Below, one piece after another: positions 28,525-37,943 of a stretch of DNA of 64,000 nt. Origin of the DNA: a virus. Its lineage: Duplodnaviria; Caudoviricetes. Numbering within the stretch: the stretch's first letter is position 1; every line of letters begins with the position of its first letter. A model generated the notes under the pieces. It saw only the letters and a list, made by a program, of their open reading frames with translations, was not told the DNA's origin and ran no database searches. The stretch lies in IMG/VR virus record IMGVR_UViG_3300034061_006011; one strand, written 5' to 3'. A program made the position numbers and the translations under genes.

Positions 28525-29190
28525 TCATTCAGATAACAGAATCATTTCTAATTCCCCCCCACGGATTCCCATTGAAGGGAATCCCTTGGCTGAATAAATT
28601 CTTTCGATTGCGTCTTCGGACGTTAGCCCGAAGACGTTTTGCAATTGTTGGAACAGGCACTTCAAATGGCGATCCAGTGCCAACTTTGTTATCACAATAA
28701 CAAAGTTTTCAATGGTGCCGTTAACACGGCACGCCGTCCCAGTGGGACGGTTGATTTCAAAATTAACCGTCCCAAGACGGTTCACATCCCACTTATAACG
28801 CCCACTGGCGGATTGATCCGCCGGTGTTGGTAGTGGGTGTTGACAATTACAATAAGTATCCTGATCCGCATTGAAATAGTCCGCCCAATCAATGGGCGTT
28901 CCAATGCACGCCCAAAGATGCCCAAACGAATGGGCGATTTTACGGGACACCCGCAATTGTGCGGGTGTCATTTTTGAAGTCTCAAAACTGAATTCATCGG
29001 GATACCGAAGTGGCTCGCCACTCCAGTGGCGTGAACAGTCTCGCTTGCCCCGTAGGGCAAGCGATGCGATTTCAGCGGCATTGGGTGCCGCAGCGTTCTT
29101 CCTGATCCAGTGGTTGAGATACGCAACACGACCGGTTGCGGTTGCGGTTGCGGTTGCGGTTGCGGTGGCGGTGGCGGTTGAAATGGTCAT
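28525..29190 (-). CDS. hypothetical protein with N-terminal (TA)n microsatellite
   Basis: start moved to 29190; 8 x CGGT(T/G)G at 29133-29180. Confidence 0.7.
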   Translation of the reverse strand: MTISTATATATATATATATGRVAYLNHWIRKNAAAPNAAEIASLALRGKRDCSRHWSGEPLRYPDEFSFETSKMTPAQLRVSRKIAHSFGHLWACIGTPIDWADYFNADQDTYCNCQHPLPTPADQSASGRYKWDVNRLGTVNFEINRPTGTACRVNGTIENFVIVITKLALDRHLKCLFQQLQNVFGLTSEDAIERIYSAKGFPSMGIRGGELEMILLSE

Positions 29191-29552
29191 GTTCGATACT
29201 CTCATGCCCGTTTCAGGTACGGGTGGACCTTGGCTAAGGTGAACCACAACATGCGGTTCACCTACGACTATCTTAACATCATCCCCAACTAGGTCAAGAG
29301 AAAATCCACCCAAGAGAAAAGATTCCTCCCATCCACATTTTAGTATCCTAGTGTTGTCTCAATTGTCCAGCAATAGGATTCCTCCCATCCACATTTTAGT
29401 ATCCTAGTGTTGTCCACATTGTCCAGCAATAGGATTCCTCCCATCCACATTTTAGTATCCTAGTGTTGTCTCAATTGTATCAATTCAGATAACAATAAAA
29501 AAACCCCCTTGACTTGTCTGTCAAGGGGGTGGTTGATTAAGTTAGCCGATTG

Positions 29553-29759
29553 TTATTTAATTTTGTCGAGCCACATATCGATGATTCCAGAAACCAGTTT
29601 CCTTTCCTTTGGTTTCATTCTTAGAAACATTTTTAGATGTTCAACGATTTTCTCGAATCGTTCCAGCTCATTTTTGATTCTTTTAAGTTGTTTGTCTACC
29701 CTCTTTGGGCGAGAAACCTTTCCATCAACAATGCGGCTTGATTCGTTTTCAGTTCTCAT
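29553..29759 (-). CDS. small coiled-coil hypothetical protein
   Basis: own promoter, leader and terminator. Confidence 0.65.
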   Translation of the reverse strand: MRTENESSRIVDGKVSRPKRVDKQLKRIKNELERFEKIVEHLKMFLRMKPKERKLVSGIIDMWLDKIK

Positions 29760-30006
29760 GGTATTCGATCCATACGGTTTTCAGGGGAACCGGGAACCTA
29801 GAAGCGGCACACTATGCGCCGCCTCATGCATTCATTCTACCATCATCCCCAACTAGGTCAAGGGAAAAGAAAAGATTCCTCCCATACACATTTTAGTATC
29901 CTAGTGTTGTCTCAATTGTCCAGCACAATATCAAAATTGAAATAACAATAAAAAAACCCCCTTGACTTGTCTGTCAAGGGGGCTGTAGTTTTGTTATCTG
30001 ATATTG

Positions 30007-30273
30007 TTATTTTGTGAACGCCTCCAGTATTGCCTTCATGGCAACGTCTCTTATTTCACTCTTAGGCAAACGCATGATTGCCCGCATACAAGAGATTTTA
30101 TTCTTGTAGCTTTTGAGTAGGTCATCCAATGGCGTTTTCTCCCTTGCGTGGGGTATTTCCGGCAGATTAAACCGCTGTGGCTTATCGCACTTAATGTATT
30201 CCTTGTATTCCTTTTCCCGCTTGTCGGCGGTTGGAGAAACGGTTGCGGCAACGGCGTTACGCTCAATTTTCAT
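30007..30273 (-). CDS. hypothetical protein
   Basis: own promoter and leader shared with 29553-29759. Confidence 0.65.
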   Translation of the reverse strand: MKIERNAVAATVSPTADKREKEYKEYIKCDKPQRFNLPEIPHAREKTPLDDLLKSYKNKISCMRAIMRLPKSEIRDVAMKAILEAFTK

Positions 30274-30585
30274 AGCAGTCGATCCAACCGGTTTTCAGGG
30301 GAACCGGGAACCTAGAAACGGCACACTATGCGCCGCCTCATGAAGTCATTCTAACAACGTCCCCAACTAGGTCAAGAGAAAATCCACCCAAGAGAAAAGA
30401 TTCCTCCCATCCACATTTTAGTATCCTAAAGTTGTCCGTATTGTATCTTAAGAGGAATTCCTCCCATCCACATTTTAGTATCCTAAAGTTGTCCGTATTG
30501 TATCGTAATAGGAATTCCTTCCATCCACATTTTAGTATCCTAAAGTTGTCTTAATTATCTAGAACGATATCAAAAAAGGGTGTAA

Positions 30586-31785
30586 TAGTGTTAGCCGATA
30601 ACGAAATAGCGGAGATAACGAAATGGCGGGAATAGTGTTAGCCGATAACGAAATAGCGAAGATAACGAAATGAAGGTAATAGTGTTAGCAGATAACGAAA
30701 TTAAAGATATGAAAACAAAAAAACCCCGCAAGCCTTTCGACTTGCGGGGCAGATTGACCGGCAGGGGTTGTCATGTTGTCGTGTGTGATGTAATCTTGAT
30801 CACATTATTGGAAACACCTTGATAAACCGGAGACATCTTACCCGCATGAGTGAACTCAATTCCGTAATTGGCACCGACACGGAATTCGGTTTCCGTTCCG
30901 GGTTCATAAGCCACGAAACCGATATTCGTTGCCTCATGAACAAAGTTCACGATGCGAGTTGGTTTCCCATATCCCCAGCGTACTGGTGAAACCCCTACGC
31001 ATATCACTTCAATATTGTAATTACCCGGCTCAATCGCTTGAGTGATTGGCGTTGGCAATTTAATAGCTGCAATTGGTGCAAGTGGTGCAATTGGTGCAAT
31101 TGGTGCCACTGGTGGCACTTGCGCCACTGGTGCCACTGGTGGCACTTGCGCCACTTGCGCCAACGCTGCCCTAAGCGTTGCCAATTGTTCGGGGTTGAAA
31201 CCCCGAACAAGATCAAGCATCGACTGGCTTGCATCGATTGCCACTGGTGCGGAAACGGACTTGGCGTTCTTGCGGGGTGCCATGGTCATAAACTCCATGC
31301 CAGTTTCAGGATACTGGCGGAACCGGTTAAGGTGAACCACAACATGCGGTTCACCTACAAGCATCATAGGGAAACCGTTTCACTAGGTCAAGCGAATTCC
31401 CAAGAAAGTTTCCTTACAAATTCTTAAGATCCGCGGACCCCCCCCCCTCCCATCCACATTTTAGTATCCTAAAGTTGTCTCAATTGTCCAGTCTGGTAAC
31501 AAAAAAGGAATTCCTCCCATCCACATTTTAGTATCCTAAAGTTGTCTCAATTGTTTCTAAAAAAAACAAAATTAAATTATAATATTTAATTTCATAATTA
31601 AAATAGTTATCAGATAACGAAAGTGGCAATAATGTTAGCCGATAACGGAATAGGGGAGATAACGGAAACGGTAATAGTGTTAGCGGATAACGTAAGTGGG
31701 AATAGTGTTAGCGGATAACGGAAGTGGGAATAGTGTTAGCGAATAACGGAATAGGGGAGATAACGAAATTACCGATATGAAAACA
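30586..31785. repeat. two blocks of GTTAGCNGATAACG / GATAACG repeats (30586-30712, 31605-31785)
   Basis: about 5 and 7 GATAACG copies; both blocks adjoin the same terminator. Confidence 0.9.
30771..31289 (-). CDS. hypothetical protein with AP-rich linker and beta-rich C-terminal domain
   Basis: start after GGAG at 31289; AQVPPVAPV repeats. Confidence 0.7.
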   Translation of the reverse strand: MTMAPRKNAKSVSAPVAIDASQSMLDLVRGFNPEQLATLRAALAQVAQVPPVAPVAQVPPVAPIAPIAPLAPIAAIKLPTPITQAIEPGNYNIEVICVGVSPVRWGYGKPTRIVNFVHEATNIGFVAYEPGTETEFRVGANYGIEFTHAGKMSPVYQGVSNNVIKITSHTTT

Positions 31786-31841
31786 AAAAAACCCCGCAAG
31801 CCTTTCGACTTGCGGGGCAGGATTGCCGATATGTTATTCGA

Positions 31842-32099
31842 TTATGCACCAAGCCAGATGATCTTGGTGTTCTTATTGGCAAGATGACGGGTGAGCAGGA
31901 AGACGAGATCAGTGTCTTCCTTTTTTGAAATCATCTTGATTACGTCACCGTTTCGATCAACGGTCAATTGAACCGAAGTTCCTTCAATCTGGTTCATTCC
32001 AAGGCTTGTCACCTTGGAAGTGGACAACGCTTCAACAATTGCGTTATCTACTTTTGCGTCGATGAGAACAGCAATCGAAACCTGAATATTGTTATTCAC
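31842..32099 (-). CDS. hypothetical protein
   Basis: own promoter, leader and terminator. Confidence 0.6.
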   Translation of the reverse strand: MNNNIQVSIAVLIDAKVDNAIVEALSTSKVTSLGMNQIEGTSVQLTVDRNGDVIKMISKKEDTDLVFLLTRHLANKNTKIIWLGA

Positions 32100-32359
32100 G
32101 GTAAGAATCTCAATCCGGTCTTAAGGTGAACCGGTGACCTAGGCTTGTTGAACCATTCACCAAGCCATGAACGTATTAGACCACAAACGCCAAACCACGT
32201 CAAGAGAAAATTCCAGCAGGAGAAAATTCCTTCCATCCACATTTTAGTATCCTAAAGTTGTCTCAATTGTCCAGTCTGATAACAAAATTGAAATAACAAT
32301 AAAAAAACCCCCTTGTCCGGGGGGACAAGGGGGCTGTCAATTTTGTTCTGTTATGAGAT

Positions 32360-32593
32360 TCACCACCAAGCGGTAGCGTTCTCCTTGCTCACTTCTGAAA
32401 TCTTGATCAATATCGAAACGAGACTATCACGAAGCTCGTCATTCGATTGATCATTTCTGAATTCTTCAACGAGTACCTTGTACTTGGCTACAAGCTTTTC
32501 AATCTTTGAAATAACATTGAGAAGCTGTTTGCTTGGAACCTTGGAAGCTTGGGCTTCCTCTTCTGCCGTCATGATTCTGTTATCGTTGTTCAT
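32360..32593 (-). CDS. small coiled-coil hypothetical protein
   Basis: GGAG RBS, start at 32593. Confidence 0.6.
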   Translation of the reverse strand: MNNDNRIMTAEEEAQASKVPSKQLLNVISKIEKLVAKYKVLVEEFRNDQSNDELRDSLVSILIKISEVSKENATAWW

Positions 32594-32983
32594 TTTGTTT
32601 TCTCCAGTGCTTTGCGACACCATGCCGCATTGAGCAAACACAATTTACCACAACCAACCGCAGCTTGTCAACAACACTATTTGCCCCTATTACGGTAGGA
32701 GATATACAGCCGTGTATATGTAGGGATTAGTATGCAAGATATGCAACGCCGATGGTGAACCGTCGATAAGCCGAACGGATTAGATAAGCATAAGACGGAA
32801 CCGTCCCATCCACATTTTAGTATCCTAAAGTTGTCTCAATTGTCCACGCAGATATCAAAACGACGATATGCCCCATCCACATTTTAGTATCGTAAAGCTA
32901 GTGGAATAGTAGCTTATTAAATAACAATAAAAAAACCCCCTTCTCCGGGTGGAGAAGGGGGCGGTTGATTATGTTAGCCTAAC

Positions 32984-34084
32984 TTATTTGGCTTCTTGAT
33001 TTACCTTTTCAAGAGACTTCAGAATCATTGCAAGCTCATGGCGGCTTGCACAATTCTTAGCACCTTCAATATGTCCTGCAAAATCTGAAATGAACTTCCG
33101 TGCTTCAGATTTTGCATCACATTGTTTTTCAAGGAATAACAAAAGTCCATCGATTTCCTCCCTAGACAATCCCTTTTGCCGCTTTTCGGCGGTTGGGGAA
33201 ACAGTTGGTTGGTTCAATGGTGGCAGTGGTTGACGTGATGGAGGAAGGACAGAAGAAGGAGTCTTCGGGTCCACTTTAGGTGGCATTGCTGCACCTGAAA
33301 GATTGATAGGTGGAAGATCTTTCTTCTTCTCTTCGATCTTAGCTACGGCTTTGGCTTCTGCTTTTGTGGCAGCAGAAGGAGCAATACCAGAATTGATTCC
33401 TTTATCGGCAAGCTTCTTGTCGATAACGTCAATAATTTTATCGTTGAGCTTCTTCTTCTCTTCCTTGCTCTTGTCCATTTCTGAAATCACTTCGGTTGCT
33501 GCGGCAATGTCCGCCATGACTTCAGGAGGAACAGCCTTTCCATTCTTCCTTTCTAACAAACGAAAAGCGGAAGACTTCGTATATTCTCCTTCATGGATAG
33601 ACAATTGAATTGCTTCGGGCAACTTGAGCAATTTCAAAAAGTTTGATACTTCAGAATCTGAAATATTAAAATGCGCTGCTATGGTCTTTTGTGTCCAATT
33701 GAATTCCTCCTTAGCCCGTAGCATATCCTTAGCCCGATCAATGAATGAAGGATTGTGATATGAATTCTCAACAATCTGAATTACGAAATGATCTTCTCTG
33801 GTCCTTGCCTTGTAAACAAGAGCTGGAATCTCCTTTAATCCAGCTTCTTTAGCTGCCATGGTACGGCGAATGCCGCCCATGACTTCAAAAGTGCCGTCTT
33901 CCTTTTCATTCAGAATGATATTCTGAAGAACTCCATGAATCTTAATGTTATTTGCCAATTCTGTGATTGACGCTGGGTCCATTCCAGCCTTCCGATTCCT
34001 TGACAAATCATAATTGATTTTGTCAAGAGCAACGATCATCCGAACAGAAGCAGGTGAAGAAGAAACCTTAGATGCCTTAGCCAT
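32984..34084 (-). CDS. parB: ParB/Spo0J-family partition protein
   Basis: SIxELAxNI..HGVLQNI, GGIRR box II variant, EN, HTH WTQKTIAAHFNISDSEVSNFLKLLKLP; start after GGAG. Confidence 0.85.
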   Translation of the reverse strand: MAKASKVSSSPASVRMIVALDKINYDLSRNRKAGMDPASITELANNIKIHGVLQNIILNEKEDGTFEVMGGIRRTMAAKEAGLKEIPALVYKARTREDHFVIQIVENSYHNPSFIDRAKDMLRAKEEFNWTQKTIAAHFNISDSEVSNFLKLLKLPEAIQLSIHEGEYTKSSAFRLLERKNGKAVPPEVMADIAAATEVISEMDKSKEEKKKLNDKIIDVIDKKLADKGINSGIAPSAATKAEAKAVAKIEEKKKDLPPINLSGAAMPPKVDPKTPSSVLPPSRQPLPPLNQPTVSPTAEKRQKGLSREEIDGLLLFLEKQCDAKSEARKFISDFAGHIEGAKNCASRHELAMILKSLEKVNQEAK

Positions 34085-34702
34085 TTCAAAATCTCCTATT
34101 TTGTTTTCTTTCAGGATCAAACTGTTCTCACCTGAAAGAAACCGTTCCGCCCTTTAGCGGTGAACCCATTAAACCACAACCGGCTTAACGTGTCAAGTGT
34201 TTTTTTTCCTCGGCAAAACAAGCGTTTTTAACACTTGCAACTTCAGAATTGAACACGGTTGGCGTTGTGTTTTCACAAATCCACCCAAACCACACCACCA
34301 TCAAGGACACCCTTAGTATACGAAAAACACCGAGGAAAATCAAGTACCTCTTATATATTGATATCATAGGCGCGCGCCCCCTTCCATCCACATTTTAGTA
34401 TCCTAAACCCATCTTTAATTGATACTAAAATGTGAATGGGGATGGGCGGTTTTATACAAGTATAAAATCATATCAATCGTTTGATTCGATTCCTTCCATC
34501 CACATTTTAGTATCCTAAAGTTGTCTCAATTAGTTTTGCTCAAGTATCAACTAAGTCTCAATTGCGTTTTTTCAACTATCTGTAAAGGGGAAATTACATT
34601 TCATAATCATTCCTCCATCCACATTTTAGTCTCAATTAAAGATGTGCTTAGGATACTAAAATGTGGATGGAACCGGACAGTCTTATACTAATACAAAATC
34701 AA

Positions 34703-34766
34703 TTCATTCGTTTCATTTGATTCATTCATTTGATTCATTCGTTTGATTCATTCGTTTGATTCGTTT
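34703..34766. repeat. 13-mer AT-rich tandem repeat TTTGATTCATTC(G/A)
   Basis: three full units at 34716, 34729, 34742 plus partial flanks. Confidence 0.9.
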
Positions 34767-34882
34767 CTTTCCCATCCACATTTTAGTCTACAAGAAGTGT
34801 AGCTTATTAAATAACAATAAAAAAACCCACCTGAGATGTCTCAGGTGGGTGATGAATTTTAGATTGTTAGAGTCTTATTTGA

Positions 34883-35221
34883 TTACGATCCAACAAGGCT
34901 CTCATTCAATTCAAGATGCATTTCTAATGTGTCACCGGGACGCATACCACCCCGATAATCCAACTCTTTGAACTTCTGACAAATGATACCGAACAACTCA
35001 TTCTTGATTCTGTCATGCTCTTCAGGATCTTCTGAGAAAGGAATGGGAACATTCCAACTCTTAATACTACAAGGATCACCCTTGAGAAATAATTTAGATG
35101 CATTAAGGATTTCCCATCCACATGATGCAAGTGGCAATCCAAAGAAAATTTGCCTGTTATTTGTGTGCATTGTATAGACGTTACCGGATGGTGACCTATG
35201 GAAGTAGAATACTGTATTCAT
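34883..35221 (-). CDS. early hypothetical protein
   Basis: promoter-hairpin-GGAG cassette; start moved to 35221. Confidence 0.65.
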   Translation of the reverse strand: MNTVFYFHRSPSGNVYTMHTNNRQIFFGLPLASCGWEILNASKLFLKGDPCSIKSWNVPIPFSEDPEEHDRIKNELFGIICQKFKELDYRGGMRPGDTLEMHLELNESLVGS

Positions 35222-35289
35222 CTCATTCTCCTTATCGAGTACCCGACTTCCCACTGTGTTCCATCAGGTACTCAAATTGTATCAAACTA

Positions 35290-35619
35290 TCAACCACCTG
35301 TCAAGTACAAACCAATTTCACTAACCAAACTCTCCTTAAGCGTTTTATATTCATCATCAATTTTGTCACAAAAGGCATTTTTCAATCTTGCATGTATCTG
35401 ATTTATGTTTTCTAAAATGTTTTTCTTAGCGGAGCTGTCTTCTCTTTGAATAAAGTATTGAAACTTTGTCCAAAGATACTTTAATTCATCAACCATCCTC
35501 CTGTAATCCTTTAGACTAAGATAAACTGAAGCCACTTCAGGCATCTTTAGTCTTTTACCATTCGGCAACACCAACCAACTACCATCTTGGTCATCTACAA
35601 TTTCAATTTCACAATCCAT
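35290..35619 (-). CDS. early hypothetical protein
   Basis: perfect TTGACA-N17-TATAAT upstream. Confidence 0.65.
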   Translation of the reverse strand: MDCEIEIVDDQDGSWLVLPNGKRLKMPEVASVYLSLKDYRRMVDELKYLWTKFQYFIQREDSSAKKNILENINQIHARLKNAFCDKIDDEYKTLKESLVSEIGLYLTGG

Positions 35620-35808
35620 TTTGTCGGTTCCTTTAATGTTATGACTCTCTGTTGGTCATAACACCATTATACCACACATTTTGTCTCTTGTCAAGCCCCT
35701 CATGTGCGTGTACACGATATGTGCGTGCGGTATATGTGCGCCCGGTATATGCTAAACCACCGATAACAAAAAAACCCACCAAGTTTACCTTGGTGGGTCT
35801 GAGTTTAT

Positions 35809-36054
35809 TCAACTTACACGACATAAACGATACACAAATGGCTTGGTTCGACCCCTTTTGTCCTTGTATAAGTCCCTTTTCTTCGTGATCACAAGCGTTT
35901 CTTCGCCTACGTCGATCTCTTGAGCATGTTTTCCACGCCCATAAGGGATTAGAATAGAGAAAATGTCGTCATTACCATTGATTTCATCGGTTATGACTTG
36001 TCGATTAACGCATTGGATGATATGGAACACCCGATTAGCGAATTCATTCATCAC
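35809..36054 (-). CDS. early hypothetical protein
   Basis: ATGA-coupled to upstream ORF. Confidence 0.55.
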   Translation of the reverse strand: MMNEFANRVFHIIQCVNRQVITDEINGNDDIFSILIPYGRGKHAQEIDVGEETLVITKKRDLYKDKRGRTKPFVYRLCRVS

Positions 36055-36248
36055 TTTTCTCCCTTATCTGTGAATTTTGTGTTCTCACAAGGGATGCAAT
36101 TGTGAATTGTACCATCTTCCATAACGAAATCTTGCACTTCTACAAGATCCTTCACATACGTTCTAACAGACGCACGGAACGTCTGCTTGTCTTTGTATAG
36201 TCCAAACCCTTTTCGGACAACAAAAGTAAACAGCTTCATCGTTTCCAT
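36051..36248 (-). CDS. early hypothetical protein
   Basis: start moved to 36248 after GGAGG. Confidence 0.6.
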   Translation of the reverse strand: METMKLFTFVVRKGFGLYKDKQTFRASVRTYVKDLVEVQDFVMEDGTIHNCIPCENTKFTDKGEK

Positions 36249-36674
36249 CTTCAATTCCTCCATTGCAGGTGCGATTTGCTCCTGTTTACACATTGTAACA
36301 AAAATATTTTGTTATGTCAAGAAAAATTTTCAACTAGGCGCATACATATTATTTCATACAACGTGCATATTGCACCTATTAGACACAAAGAGAGTATGAA
36401 TATGTAATAGCGGGCGTTTGACCCGCTTCCTTTCCTATCCTTCACTTGGATAGGTTTTTTTATTTGTATAATGCTTCGCTCCATTATTTTCCACAAATCC
36501 CCATTTCATCCCACCTTATAAAACCTGCCTTACATTATATCTACTTTTCTCAATCCTGATATGTGACTACTTTCCATATCATTTATGTAATTGGTTTGAA
36601 ATAGTTTTAATTATTCCATAAAAAAACCCCTTGGGGATTAGCCAAGGGGTTGATATGGATAGTGTTGATATGTG

Positions 36675-37004
36675 TTATTCTTCTTTAAATGGTAATTCTT
36701 TGTGGTGCCGAATACGAAGGAGTTTAGATTCTGAATCGGTTAAAGAGTTATTGCAGACTACTCTAACTTCATTAAGTTGGAGTTTTTCCATCAACTCCTT
36801 TAATTGGATCTCTTCCGTTATTGGTTGTACCATTGCAAATGGTACATAGGGAAGATCATCTACTTCTCCTATCTGTGTCCCATTTGGTGTTTCATACTCC
36901 ACCTGATCACCTGCAACGAACTCCTGAGACACGAACTTGTTGTCTTCAAATCTTTGGATAACAAAACCGTGCGTAATCTTATAAACCATCTCTTGATACT
37001 CCAT
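36675..37004 (-). CDS. early hypothetical protein with C-terminal DUF932-derived fragment
   Basis: ends VVCNNSLTDSESKLLRIRHHK, matching 39569-40549. Confidence 0.7.
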   Translation of the reverse strand: MEYQEMVYKITHGFVIQRFEDNKFVSQEFVAGDQVEYETPNGTQIGEVDDLPYVPFAMVQPITEEIQLKELMEKLQLNEVRVVCNNSLTDSESKLLRIRHHKELPFKEE

Positions 37005-37167
37005 TTTGTTTTAGGTGAGTGACGACATGTCTTTCACCTACGACAATTGTAGCAGATATTTGGCTTGGTGTCAAGTAATTTTTTGTTTATGTTTTGTTTG
37101 TATTTACATAAAAAAAACCCCTTGGGGATTAGCCAAGGGGTTGATATGGATAGTGTTGATATGGTGG

Positions 37168-37782
37168 TTATGAGTATTGTGGACGATAGTTGCCGGTATG
37201 TGATTCGCCGGGGAATCGTTCATTTGTGATACCATATTCTGTTGGACCATCTGGTTCCGGCAGATAGTCAGCATCTAATCCTCTTGCTTCTAACCAGTCA
37301 AGAGATTCCGATAGGTGTTTATCGTGTTGTCGTTTGCTTGCTTCATTCAGTTCTTCTGCAAAATCCTGCATTTCCTGTCTAATCTGATCGGCTTGTTCGC
37401 CATTTAGACATTCATAAGACTCTTGAAGGAAGCTTTGATGATACCACCAACCACCTTCTTCTGCTCCTCCGTAGGACTGGTAGTGTTCATATAAAGATAT
37501 GAACTTTGATGGTTGTTGAATTCTGTTTTGTGAATCACATTCGCATGTGTTCTTCTTGCCTTCGCATCGTTCACCACCGCCTTCATATTTAATACAAATT
37601 CCATCTTCATTAAGCTCAGGAGATTCGCATTCACATGTTTGCCAGTAAATTTCCTTATTACAATTTTGGCAAACATGTGGTGGTCGTTTGATTTCTTCTT
37701 CTCTGTTTTCTTCACCGAATACTTTCTTCAGATTATACTTAGCGATGATTTTGCTGAATGATTCTGCTTTATACTTAGGCAT
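37168..37782 (-). CDS. acidic Cys-containing early protein
   Basis: CxxC/CxC clusters; start after GGAGTATCAAG. Confidence 0.7.
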   Translation of the reverse strand: MPKYKAESFSKIIAKYNLKKVFGEENREEEIKRPPHVCQNCNKEIYWQTCECESPELNEDGICIKYEGGGERCEGKKNTCECDSQNRIQQPSKFISLYEHYQSYGGAEEGGWWYHQSFLQESYECLNGEQADQIRQEMQDFAEELNEASKRQHDKHLSESLDWLEARGLDADYLPEPDGPTEYGITNERFPGESHTGNYRPQYS

Positions 37783-37943
37783 CTTGATACTCCATTGGTT
37801 TGAAAGCAAGCCATTTGCTTTCGTGGATGTATTGTATCAGGTATTTGGTTTAGTGTCAATGTTTTTTTTTGGTATTATGTTTGCATAAAAAAACCCCCTT
37901 GGGTGTTATCCAAGGGGGTTGATATGGTTGGTGTTGATATGTG

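Larger units (their letters stand above)
28407..34790. repeat. about 19 dispersed/tandem iteron-like repeats, core CCATCCACATTTTAGTATCCTAA(A)GTTGTCTCAATTG
   Basis: copies near 28411, 29321/29377/29433, 29874, 30399/30455/30512, 31447, 31508, 32227, 32803, 32871, 34381, 34491, 34612, 34770; inverted at 34421 and 34648. Confidence 0.92.
28471..34850 (-). terminator. eight intrinsic terminators, one after each island gene
   Basis: GC hairpin plus U-run on - strand near 28471, 29497, 29950, 30716, 31785, 32301, 32928, 34819. Confidence 0.85.

Noticed and set aside
29760-30345. Hammerhead ribozyme in the shared leader
   Set aside because: It has CUGAAAA, not CUGANGA, and I could not build a three-way junction with GAAA and a UH site.
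29321-30555. CRISPR array
   Set aside because: Period is 56-57 bp, the intervening segments are only about 15 bp and nearly identical between units, copies are dispersed upstream of promoters, and there are no cas genes in the window.
28892-31427. + strand ORFs opposite the GC-rich island genes (28892, 30113, 31038, 31042, also 33303)
   Set aside because: Shadow frames of GC-rich or repetitive genes. Promoters, RBSs and terminators all support the - strand.
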